From assembly GCA_032718475.1 (NCBI GenBank), contig JAUCBJ010006087.1, forward strand, positions 1 to 32,541: DNA of 32,541 bases, read 5' to 3'. The stretch's first letter is position 1; every line of letters begins with the position of its first letter. Below are positions 1-9,933 of the stretch, in pieces. The stretch is from Nemertoderma westbladi. Its lineage: Eukaryota; Animalia; Xenacoelomorpha. Below the pieces are notes generated by a model. The model ran no database searches. It had not been told where the DNA came from and was given only the letters and a program-made list of their open reading frames with translations. The position numbers and the translations under genes were made by a program.

Positions 1-1
1 G

Positions 2-883
2 CTTCTTGAACTGGGTTCCAGCCGAAAACAATCCATTTCCAGAGATAAAATCCTGAAGATGGACAGAATTTCGGTTAACACTATTGCTATAGACCCAGGG
101 CGATGTAGGTGATTGATGCAGACTTGCATTAAAGTCTCCCAGGAATGTTAAGAATGCATGCTGATCCACTCCATCAGTAGTAGCTGCTTGTAGATTGTGG
201 TAGAAATTTTCCACCTCCTCTACAGGGGCAACACTAGTTGGAGAGTAGCACACAATCAGAACCACCTTAGGAAACTTCTTAGCCAGTCTTCCAGAACATG
301 AGAAGTGGCAACGGATGATGTGGTTAGAGATTTGGTCTATTTTGTCCAATGCTGCATGTGCAGTTGGATTCATCAATAGACCAATTCCACCATTGCCACT
401 ATCATCTGCTGACACGAGGGCGAGTCGCCAACCGCCCCCCATGTCCTTAATCAGAACCTCATCAGTCTGTCCAGTCTGCATTCGGTGCTCTTGAACACCC
501 ACTGTGCTAAGAGAAAGCTTATCTGCCAAGGCAGTCAGCTCACCTTGTCGCATTGGGGACCCGAGTGTTAGGGTGTTTACTGAGGCTAGTCTTGTGACTT
601 GCCTCAGATTCACCAATGGCTTTGTTGGTCGGGGTGGAACATGAGAGTAGCCTCTAACTCCAGAATCCCTCTCCCCATCACAATCTGGCCTTCCTGGTGA
701 CCCAGGGTTTGGGCCAGAAAGGTCATCAGGAAAGGGACTCAAAGAATTGTTGGCTGCTCTCTCTCCAGTAGGGGGTGAGACAGGCAGCCGGTCAGGAGTT
801 AACTGACGCCTGTGAGGCCGATTGTGTCCGGTAATTCCACTGGCCTCTAGTGGCCGGACCTCCGCATTGCTAATGTAATCCAT
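2..883 (-). CDS. LINE ORF N-terminus, apurinic-like (APE) endonuclease domain, partial
   Basis: Own translation from ATG at 883-881, open to the window edge: MDYISNAE...RLASVNTLTL...VGVQEHR...GGIGLLM...IVCYSPT...FLGDFNA...NRNSVHL. These are the GxQE, YxPT and GDFNA motifs of APE endonucleases. Absent from the ORF track because no stop lies in the window. Confidence 0.9.
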   Translation of the reverse strand, partial: MDYISNAEVRPLEASGITGHNRPHRRQLTPDRLPVSPPTGERAANNSLSPFPDDLSGPNPGSPGRPDCDGERDSGVRGYSHVPPRPTKPLVNLRQVTRLASVNTLTLGSPMRQGELTALADKLSLSTVGVQEHRMQTGQTDEVLIKDMGGGWRLALVSADDSGNGGIGLLMNPTAHAALDKIDQISNHIIRCHFSCSGRLAKKFPKVVLIVCYSPTSVAPVEEVENFYHNLQAATTDGVDQHAFLTFLGDFNASLHQSPTSPWVYSNSVNRNSVHLQDFISGNGLFSAGTQFKK

Positions 884-899
884 AGTGGGGGCTGGGGGG

Positions 900-1330
900 T
901 GCTTTTTTGCCGAGTCAGCTCTCGGGGCAAATACCTCACCCTGGTTTGCCATTCCACAGGGTGGGTGTCGCAGTGGAGTCAGATATGAGGCCCATCACCC
1001 ATATCTACTCTGGCGCACATGACCCACCATTGGCTGTTGCAGCTCATCTGCTGGGTCATGCCCTGCACCCTTGCTGCCAGGTGCAGGTCGCAGTGAAGTG
1101 CTCTCAGAGTGGACATGAGAACACTCTACTCCTGACCAGCCATTGGTAGGTCACCATCTGCCTGGTCAGGCCATATACCCCTGCAGCCAAGTATATGGGT
1201 CCTTAATCCAGGACCAAGGGCGTCCTTATCCCAGAACGAAGGGGGTCCTAGTTACAGGACCAGATTTGCCCTAGTAAGAGGGTCTATGCAGCTACAGGTG
1301 GCACCTCCTTTATGCTGCATGGAGGTGGCA
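900..1330 (-). promoter_or_regulatory. Highly structured LINE 5' UTR (series of ~10 stem-loops, including a duplicated ~120-nt module)
   Basis: Directly visible inverted repeats, e.g. 1171-1198, 1131-1170, 1106-1127, 1062-1087, 1018-1060, 976-1010. GTCGCAGTG recurs at 967-975 and 1087-1095. Confidence 0.65.
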
Positions 1331-1435
1331 AGTTTTCTTGATCAATGACCTAGAATACCTGACCTGACAAAAATTGAAGCAATTCAAATTGAATTCGAAA
1401 TCGAAAAAGAATTCAAATTGAAGCTATCTGTTGAA

Positions 1436-1857
1436 CCCAGAATAACTCGCTCAGCAGAAACCACCAATGACGACAGGAGAGACCAAATACTAGGCTGGCA
1501 TAATAGGTGCAGTGCTAAGGCGATTCATGTCAGTGGCGAATTTGCTGACTTTCTCCTCGATGAACTCCTGCTGGAACTCATCAGGCCAATGGTGCCACTG
1601 AGGAGTTTATTACCCAACCCACCCCTATCCACAAACTCTGCCCTTGCCTTTTTGAGCTTCTCAGGCTTACAGTGAGGCAGCTCTTGGTTGGTCTTGTGAG
1701 GCAGCGCATAGAGCAGTCCTCTTAACCGATACCTCATCCCAGAACTTCTGGAGATCCTTGAGTTTACAGGTGGTGTTCCCATCATCAGAGTACCACTTCT
1801 GAACGACGGAGCATGCCCAAAACAACTTTATCAGAAATGGAATAAGTCAACATCTGC
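1436..1857 (-). pseudogene. Decayed reverse-transcriptase fragment of a CRE-like non-LTR retrotransposon
   Basis: Frameshifted minus-strand translation gives VQKWYSDDG...LKDLQKFWDEV...KPEKLKKARAEF...GTIG...EFQQEFIEEKVSKF, matching the WYADD...W-D-L...VKPE...GAxIG...F-EEKV pattern of CRE-clade RTs. Confidence 0.55.
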
Positions 1858-1866
1858 ACATGCTGC

Positions 1867-3008
1867 ACAATTCGGTCCCGGACAATTCGGTCCTAGGACA
1901 ATTCGGTCCTGGGACAATTCGGTCCCGGACAATTCGGTCCCGGACAATTCGATCCCGGACAATTCGGTCCCAAAACACTAAATAAATGGGACCGAATTGT
2001 CCGGGACCGAATTGTCCGGGACCGAATTGCCCTAGGACCGAATTGTCCGGGATCGAATTGTCCAGTTCCTGATAGCAACTTTTTAGTGCTTTTTTGTTAT
2101 TGGTGAATGTTCTAGAACATTAGTAGAGATATTTGTTATGGTAGCTAGTGTTATTTACTTGCTAGAATTTTTTTAAATTTTAAAAATACTGTATGTTTTT
2201 TATTTTTGTTATTGGTAGTGTTCGAGAACATTATTATATATTATTTATTAAGGTGTAAGCTAGTGTTTTTTTTACTAGCTAGCATTTCCTTGAAATTATA
2301 AAAACACTTGTGAAAACATTGATATTTCACAGAATTAGGCCTAAACTGTTGCTGATTATATTAATTACCAACAATATTGATGATATTATAACAGTCCCTG
2401 AATGAGATCCAGCTATTATCTAGGATAATAATTTAGGCTTTTTAACCAACCAACAACACATACAGTATATTTACGCAGTATATAAAAAAAATCAGTTTGA
2501 AACATTTTAAATACATACTATTACTAGCTAGTAAATAATTCACAAGCTCCATAAAAACACCATAGCTACCATAAATAATAATGTTAACAAAAAAAAAGTA
2601 AATTTTTTTTATTTGTAAAAAAATACTAGCTAGTAAAAAAAACACTAGCTACCATATAAATATATATTAAGGTTCTAGAACATTCACCATTATATAGTAC
2701 CAATTAATTTTGGTCCCGGACCATTCGGTCCTGGACAATTCGCTCCCGGACAATTCGGTCCCGGACAATTCGGTCCCGGACAATTCGATCCCGGACAATT
2801 CGATCCCGGATAATTCGGTCCCGGACAATTCGGTCCCGGACAATTCAGTCCCATTAATATGCATGTTTTGGGACCGAATTGTCCTAGTCAGTATCCGGAC
2901 AATTCGGTCCCGGACAATTCGGTCCCAAAACACAAAATTAATGGGACTGAATTGTCCGGGACCGAATTGTCCGGACCGAATTGTCCGGGACCGAATTGTC
3001 CTGCTTCC
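1867..3008. mobile_element. Foldback-like non-autonomous element with terminal arrays of 15-bp repeats (GGACAATTCGGTCCC)
   Basis: Arrays at ~1867-2062 and ~2710-3001, each switching from forward to reverse-complement units. The AT-rich spacer carries its own imperfect inverted repeat (~2098-2165 vs ~2627-2693). CRE-like RT sequence lies on both sides. No clear TSD. Confidence 0.6.
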
Positions 3009-3104
3009 CACATCGACAATGGTACTGGATCGATTTCCACTCCCAATGATCAAGCATGACAGCTGGTTGTAGCAGTTCACCACAATAGTGTGGAGTGCAG
3101 AATG
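3009..3104 (-). pseudogene. Upstream continuation of the CRE-like RT relic
   Basis: Minus-strand IVVNCYNQLSCLII resembles the INxYxxxSxL segment that precedes the QGDP region in CRE-like RTs. Same strand as 1436-1857. Confidence 0.4.
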
Positions 3105-3159
3105 ATATTTGAAAAGTTATCACTTTTTGTTGGACTTTTTGTTAAAGGAAGGTTATATT

Positions 3160-3870
3160 GAAAAATATCGAGAAATGAAAAATATCGTTAGTAAAAATAA
3201 CACGAGTAAAAAAATATCGATAATATCACGAGTTCAAAAATTATCGACTGTAAAAATATAGAGAGTAAAAATATCGTGAGTAAAAATGTCAAAAATAAAA
3301 ACATCAAGGGTTTAAAAATATCGAGAGTAAACATATCGAGAGTAAAAATATCGAGAGTAAACATATCGAGAGTAAAAATATTGATAGTAAAAATATTGAG
3401 AGTAAAAATATTGAGAGTAAAAATATCGATTGTTGAAAAATATCGAGAGTAAAAATATCGAGTGTTGAAAAATATCGAGAGTAAAAATATTGAGAGTAAA
3501 AATATCGATTGTTGAAAAATATCGAGAGTAAAAATATCGATTGTTGAAAAATATCGAGAGTAAAAATATCGAGTGTTGAAAAATATCGAGAGTAAAAATA
3601 TTGAGAGTAAAAATATCGATTGTTGAAAAATATCGAGAGTAAAAATATCGAGTGTTGAAAAATATCGAGAGTAAAAATATCGAGAGTAAAAATATTGAGA
3701 GTAAAAATATCGATTGTTGAAAAATATCGAGAGTAAAAATATCGAGTGTTGAAAAATATCGAGAGTAAAAATATCGAGTAAAAATATCGAGTGTTGAAAA
3801 ATATCTTGAGTAAAAATATCGAGAGTAAAAATATTGCGAGTAAAAATATTGTGAGTCAATATTGCAGTCC
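3160..3870. repeat. Minisatellite of ~15-bp units (AAAAATATCGAGAGT and variant AAAAATATCGAGTGTTG), with higher-order periodicity
   Basis: About 45 tandem units visible. They generate the spurious LDIFT/SRYFY ORFs. Confidence 0.95.
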
Positions 3871-5390
3871 ATGGGGTATAGATTAAAGATGCAGTGCAAG
3901 GGAAAATATGTCATTAATACACCTTGGGTATGCATTGACCATGTTTTTATACTAGCTAGATTTATGAAAGTCGAGCTAGTAAATTTTCAAAATGAAGCCC
4001 CTATTAGCTCAAGTTCAGGTTGGACCGAGAGAACGCCGCCCCAATATTAGATTATAAACAACATTTCCATTGGGTAAGAAAGTGGAGGAGAGCGAGTCCG
4101 ACTCTCAATTTTTTAGTTTATATTACGCGATCAATTTTCACTCATCTCGTCATGAACCCAACATGTATGTAAACCTTTTGTTAAATTTGTTGGCTATGCG
4201 TTTGCGGTTGTTTGGGCGGAGTGTGGTAGGCCTACACTTTTCACACTGAAACATTTTGGTTGTGAAATGTTACAGGGCACAGCGATCAGATATATTTCAT
4301 ATATATTTTATTATGAGAGGAAGAAGAACATACAACGTTATTTACTATATATGTAACGAAATAATTGTTTTCGGGTTTAACTTGGAAGCCTCCCCAAATA
4401 GTTGATATACAATTATATTTAAAATTATTTCCATGGTCATGGTCATTCACCCGTCTTTAGTTAGAAATTTGTTTGCATGAAAGACAGTTTAGTTTGGTTT
4501 TTACTGATTATTATCTCTTATCTGACTGGGGTAATAATAAAGGATAGGATAAATGGAAGCAAAGTGTGACAGTAACAAATATTTCCCTGACAACCTAGCA
4601 TGTCTTAAGTATATGATATCTCAAAGGGGGAAGTTTAGATTCACTGCATAAATGCAGTTCACCAAACTTCCCCCGAATGCACACTGTAACTTCCCCCTTC
4701 CCCCAAATATCCACTGTTGAATTAATTTGAAGCGATATAATAAGTACAAAATTGTGCGAGTTTTTAATTGTGTGGTCCATTTGTTATTTGATCTCTATTT
4801 ATTATTTAAAGTGTATTTAATATCACACTGGTTGTTTAGAATATTACAACCTTATGTTTTATTTATTAACCCAATCGAAGCCTTATAATGGCCGGTTATT
4901 TGTACACTTATCCCTAATGCGCTCAGTATGATCCAAACAACATATTAATATGAAAATAAAGTATCTGCAAAGAAAAGAACCCAATACTATATAATTTGAC
5001 CTTATTAAAAAATTTGCACTTTTGCACACTTATTTGTACAAGTGCACTTTATCAGATCGTAATTAGATCGTGGGTTCTTATTTAACACACTTATATCTAT
5101 CCTCTACCGATCTACCATGGTGTATGATCAAGTGTCAGTCGCTAAAAGTGTCAAAAATCCAATTTAATACATCTCGACATTTTAAGTCACTTTATATACA
5201 TAAAAAGTTAAACAAAATGTTACGATTATAGTTAGAAATCACTCCAAACTACATTTTAATCCAAAAAATAACATTCTACGATGAATAGAACTGGAAGTAA
5301 TAGTGCACTGTGCACTTTTTAAGTGCATTTTGCACTAAGTGCACATAAGTCTTTTCCCAAGTTGTATCCTAGTTCACACACTACAATCTA

Positions 5391-6335
5391 GTGTAATAAT
5401 TGTTGTTGACTATGTTCTACGCATATCCTTAGATCATCATAATGATGATGGGGTGATGATAACTCCACCTACTGGCTCCAGAAGTCGAGGAAATCCTGCC
5501 AAGTACCTAACTGATCTAGACTTTGCTGATGACTTAGGAGTACTCTCAGAATCACTAGAGGGAGCCCAACGGCTCCTCAGCTCATTAGAACATGCTGCTT
5601 CTAGTGTTGGTCTTTTTATTAACTCCAGATAGACCAAAATTTTGACAGTTAACTTTGAAAGTCCTCGGCAAGTCTCTGATCGGATGAGCCTAAGCTCAAA
5701 AGATGGTATGCTTCAGCATGTGGATGACTTCTGTTACCTGGGATCCTGGATCCGGAAGTCAGATGAGAACCTGCGAATACGTAAGGGAAAGGCATGGGCA
5801 GCCTTGAAAAGGCTTTCCAGGATTTGGAAGTCACCGAGAATAAATCGGAAACTTAAGGTCCGATTATTTAGAGCAGCAGTAGTTCCAGTACTCCTCTATG
5901 GGAGCCCATGCTGGGCTCTAACTGCTGAGGACACCAAATCTCTGGATGGCACATTCACAAGAATGCTACGCCGGGTACATTGTGTCAAGTACAATGCACA
6001 CCTCCAACCAGACACTATATAACATTGGAGGTGTCTCATTGGTTCCCCCAAGCTTGACACTAGAACAAAATCGCCTCCGCTTTGCAGGACATTGCTTTCG
6101 CCGTGAGGACCAGCCAGTGCATAATTTTGTACTTTGGCAGCCTCATGGAGTGAATAAGCATGGTGGACAGCCCATGACTTTCTTGAGACGCATCTTAAAG
6201 GACACTGGCCTTGAAGATGCGGATGATCTAGCAAATGTAATGGGTGATAGGGAGTTGTGGCGGTTCAATTTTGTCGATAAGCCGGCACAGCATTCTTAAA
6301 AATGCAGCTGCAATGCAGCATGCCGATCCTAGTAG
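5391..6335 (+). mobile_element. 5'-truncated RTE-type LINE copy with TSD and (TAG)n tail
   Basis: Candidate TSD TACAATCTA at 5382-5390 and 6336-6344. The 3' end is TAGTAG. Contains the RT C-terminal half. Confidence 0.85.
5396..6299 (+). pseudogene. RTE reverse transcriptase C-terminal half (stop at 5630-5632, frameshift near 6000)
   Basis: LDFADDL, GLFIN, FCYLGS, LLYGSPCW, RMLRR, RLRFAGH, DRELWR motifs spread over ORFs 5339-5632, 5642-6022 and 5946-6299. Confidence 0.9.
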
Positions 6336-6891
6336 TACAATCTATCCTCTATCAAATGAAGAAAGTTTCAGATTAAACAGCCCAGTAGAACCGGAGTTAT
6401 TGATGTTTAAAAATAGTCACTCGAAAATTTCAAATTATCTTGGTCATGTAGTCTAGTGGTTATCAATCACGTTAATGAAACCTAAGTTCACAGGTACGAA
6501 ATCCAATATTGACCATTCTTAATTTTTTGCACAAAAAAAAATATTTTTATTTTTTCACTAAAATCGCTCTAACTTCGGTTCTGGTGGTCCAAATTCAATA
6601 AAATTGGTATATTCTTTGCCGTAATTTTTTTTCTATCTTTTGAGAGGGGGTCATTTTTGGCCCCAAAACAAATTAAAAAAAGGGCCAAAATGAAGCGATA
6701 TTTTTCAACACTTAAAATTCATAATTTTAATTATAAATGTCAAGAAAAAAGATAGCGGAGTTAATTTGCTACATTTTACCGGTAGTTTTGGTGCAAAAAG
6801 CTAAATTATAATAGACCAGCGAATTATTAATTAAAAAACTTTTTTCGTCCCCTTTTTACAAAGATTATATTTCACACGATCGTCTGCCGCT

Positions 6892-8302
6892 TGTGGTGCA
6901 CGGGCCGAAATGAGTTCTAGTTGAATGAGGCCCACATGCAACCAACAAGAAAAGACTTAATGACAGATTGACTGTAAAAGCTTTTGCGTAATTAGCCGGT
7001 TATTATCCCCGTAAAGTACTCTGTGGTTGGTTTACCAGGCATAAAAAGGCCGTGTCCTTGCTGTACTGGTGTTTTAGAGGACATAAAAGCCATTTCTTCT
7101 GTATTTGTACTTTAGAGGACATAATCCGTAATTTCGTGACGTAAAAGCTCGATACTCTTGAAAACAGTGTCGCTACCATGACGACGGCTAACAGCTGATA
7201 TTGCCATGTCGACATTTCTTTGTTTCTTTGTTCTCTCTTAGTTCAGTCAGCCAATCAGAGCATTTTTATGGCTCTTGTACAGAGATTTCCTAGAAATCAC
7301 TCAAGGCATTATGTGCAGTGTTTATGATTCTGTCCTGAGCCAAGGAAGAACGGCTTTGGAGTATTTTGTGCTTTTCTGCTTTAGCCTTACACTAGTAGGC
7401 TTAATTATAAGGACATATATCCGTTATCATAACACACCATACCTATAATCAAACAACCTGTGCATACTTTTATATTGTTATACTGCTATTTACTGTCGGT
7501 TCTTCATAATATGGTTGATGAATTATTATATTTGGAATAACGATAAATAACCCCGAAAACCCAATATTCTTGATATATCGAAGGTAAGAGAGAAAGGTTA
7601 CATATAACGATTGTGACTTATGTTAAAGTGGTTTGAAGTGAATCTAATGTTATTTGATAGACCCTACATGTTTCGGTCCGTGTTCCTTTTATATGTGACT
7701 AAAATCAGTGAGGATCGGCAGATCAGTGTGCAGTATTGTGCAGCATTGTGTATGAGTGAGACTGATAACGAAGCATTTCCTAAAGAATGCGCCATATATG
7801 TGAATTGTAACTAAGCCATATCGTTGTGAGTAGTTTAAGTCATAACTCTGTTTATATAGATAGAGCGCCACGTCCTAAAGGAACTGTTAATATTCCCCGA
7901 AGGTGAATAATATTGTCAGAGATTATATAATACTGTCAGTCGAATAATACATTAGGCTTACATAGCAATACGATTAAGCCGTCGAAGTCAATCTCCCGGG
8001 TATATCCAACGGGTGAATGATCGCGCACAGATTGGTTTCAACTAGTGTAGTGAATCAAATACTTGTTAGAGGCTAAAGCGATTTATTATCTAGAAGACAT
8101 CCTAATTTGGCGGGTTAAACTGCCAAAGGTCTGAAAGCGCGAACATTGACAGATAAAGTATATCAGTATTGCAGTATGCCGCACAAGTAGGTTATAGCAT
8201 TAGGTACAACAGCAGTTCTCACATATGTACCGACATACTATATGTACCGATGAGTTAGGACCACACGACATATGATATATATATGAATCCGAGTTCCCCA
8301 CA
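6892..8302 (-). repeat. Gypsy 3' LTR, interrupted by a solo LTR at 6973-8145
   Basis: 6892-6972 plus 8151-8302 align with 22003-22241. Confidence 0.93.
6973..8145 (+). mobile_element. Solo LTR (1173 bp) of a third LTR family, copy 1
   Basis: Starts TGTAAAAGCTTTTGCG and ends GCGCGAACA. 5-bp TSD TTGAC at 6968-6972 and 8146-8150. Homologous to 23651-24699. CCAATCAGAGC box at ~7251; orientation is inferred from it. Confidence 0.9.
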
Positions 8303-8324
8303 CTACTCCCCCCCCCCCCCCCCC
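8303..8324 (-). other. Gypsy polypurine tract
   Basis: G-run plus GAGTAG on the minus strand immediately before the TG of the 3' LTR. Confidence 0.85.
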
Positions 8325-9117
8325 AGTGTGGTACTTGTATGAAACCTGTACACTCTTGAGTCTTCACATTTAGATGCCCAAGCATGATGGAAGTCGGGAA
8401 ACCTGCCTGACCTTGTGATGGTTGGTTGAGGAGCTGAGACTGGAGTCGGCCGAGATGGTGTTTGAGCTGGGATGAACGGGGGCGCTTCTGGACGGAGCTG
8501 GTTCAGTGGCCGGATTGGTATGTCACCTTTGTTGTCGTTGGACCCATCAAGCCTGGCTGGCTTTAGACGGTCGATCGAGATACACTCAACTTTGTCATTT
8601 GGAAACAGAAGCCGATAGTATTTGGGAGTACGCTCCACAACAAAATATGGGCCTCTGTATGGGGGCTGGAGACCACGGCGATTCTTGTCCTGTTGCCGAA
8701 CCCACACGAAGCTATACTTGTGAAGCTCAGGAGGAATGTAGGAAGCACCACCGGTATTGTGGAGTACACGAGGCAGGCGCAAGTCAGCCATGGCACTCTG
8801 TAGGCGCGGAAGGAAAATACTTTGCCGAGAGTTTCGGTCTTGGATAAGCCCAGGAGGTGGTGATTCATGGAACTGACCAGGAACCGAGATTGGAGCACCA
8901 AACACCAGTTCGCATGGAGCAGCGCCGATGTCCTCTTTGATAGTGGTACGGTAGCCCAGCAGGACTGTGTCTAGCTCGTCCGCCCAGTTGTCGGAACTCT
9001 CCAGCCGGGGTCGCAGGCCATCCTTGAGCTGTCGATGCAGCCTCTCGACCATCCCATTGGCCTGTGGATGGAAGGCAGTGGTAGTCGTGTGCTGGGTCCC
9101 CAAGATCCTGTTCAAAG
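8303..9117 (-). pseudogene. Gypsy integrase C-terminal part (catalytic E region, GPY/F motif)
   Basis: TTAFHPQANGMVERLHRQLK, LQPPYRGPY, ISIDRLKPA, TRSGR. Joins in frame to WAAL at 19671 once the BEL insert is removed. Confidence 0.93.
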
Positions 9118-9835
9118 TGTTCCTGACTATAGTCAGTATTTCATCGTACAGTATGGCCCAAAATTCTTATCACCTGTTATTGCCGTATAAATTCCATTTT
9201 ATTGAGTGAGAATGTCATGATGTCATAACATGACGTCACAAAAGTAAAAGTATAGTATCTTGCATGAAGGCTTGCTCGCCTCATGTTCACGAGAGAATTA
9301 TCATATCCTATAATGAGTGAGTGAATAATAGAACCATTTAAAGTGAAAGGATACATTGAGTGAGAGGCAACAATGGAAGTGTAAGGCATCCTCTGGGATT
9401 TACCCTCACCTGTGTATATTGGTGTATAACGTATTATATATTTTGGCCCCATTTTCTATGGGCTATTGTTATTTGGTAAACCAATCCCAGATGGCTTTCC
9501 TTCCATTCATATATGACAAGAGCGGGATGACATTAGATTCATTCTGTCGATATAACTTTGTAGAAACGTTACATAGTTTTCAACGTTCGTTCTGACCTAT
9601 TGATCACTGAACTTAACTATTATTGTTCTAATTGAACTGAACGTACAGTGCATTTGTACTGTACGTGTTATAAGTCATTCGTTTGAAGGAAGGAAGCGTC
9701 ATCATGTGATTGTGCACTGGTGCCGTTTATACATATTGAACATTAAAGTAACTAGGACTTGAACTGAGTTTTCTTGACGAACGAAACGGACGAGTAGAAA
9801 CGACGTTCTTAGAGGGAAAGAATATCGACGGAACA
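9118..9835 (+). repeat. BEL 5' LTR (718 bp)
   Basis: About 98% identical to 18951-19670 (14 substitutions and one 2-bp indel by manual count). Confidence 0.95.
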
Positions 9836-9933
9836 AAGTGAAAACTATCTCATTGAAAATGACAACGTGTAGCCGAATTAACGAACTTGAATAGATTTGA
9901 TCTTCAATGTCTAGCGCCAACTGAACGCCATCA

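Larger units (their letters stand above)
1..1367 (-). mobile_element. RTE-type non-LTR retrotransposon, 5' portion (5' UTR plus start of single ORF; continues off the left edge)
   Basis: Minus-strand APE endonuclease ORF preceded by a ~480-nt GC-rich UTR containing GGAATGGCAAACCA (minus strand, ~942-955), a motif typical of RTE 5' regions. The 5' boundary is approximate (switch to AT-rich sequence at ~1367). Confidence 0.8.

Noticed and set aside
1867-3001. 15-bp repeat arrays as a CRISPR array, and ORFs 1893-2078, 2667-3083, 2710-3072 as genes
   Set aside because: Units are contiguous with no unique spacers, there are no cas genes, and the context is eukaryotic. The ORFs are translations of a stop-free repeat.
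3188-3935. 223-aa and 207-aa ORFs resembling pentapeptide-repeat proteins
   Set aside because: Overlapping frames of a 15-bp minisatellite with no unique coding sequence.
6441-6505. tRNA-like A box (TAGTCTAGTGG) and weak B box
   Set aside because: No cloverleaf and a degenerate B box. At most a decayed SINE fragment.
6901-6933. Hammerhead-like GGCCGAAA...TGAATGAGGCC in the Gypsy LTR (retrozyme idea)
   Set aside because: The core is not CUGANGA, and only ~11 nt lie between the motifs, too few for stems I and III.
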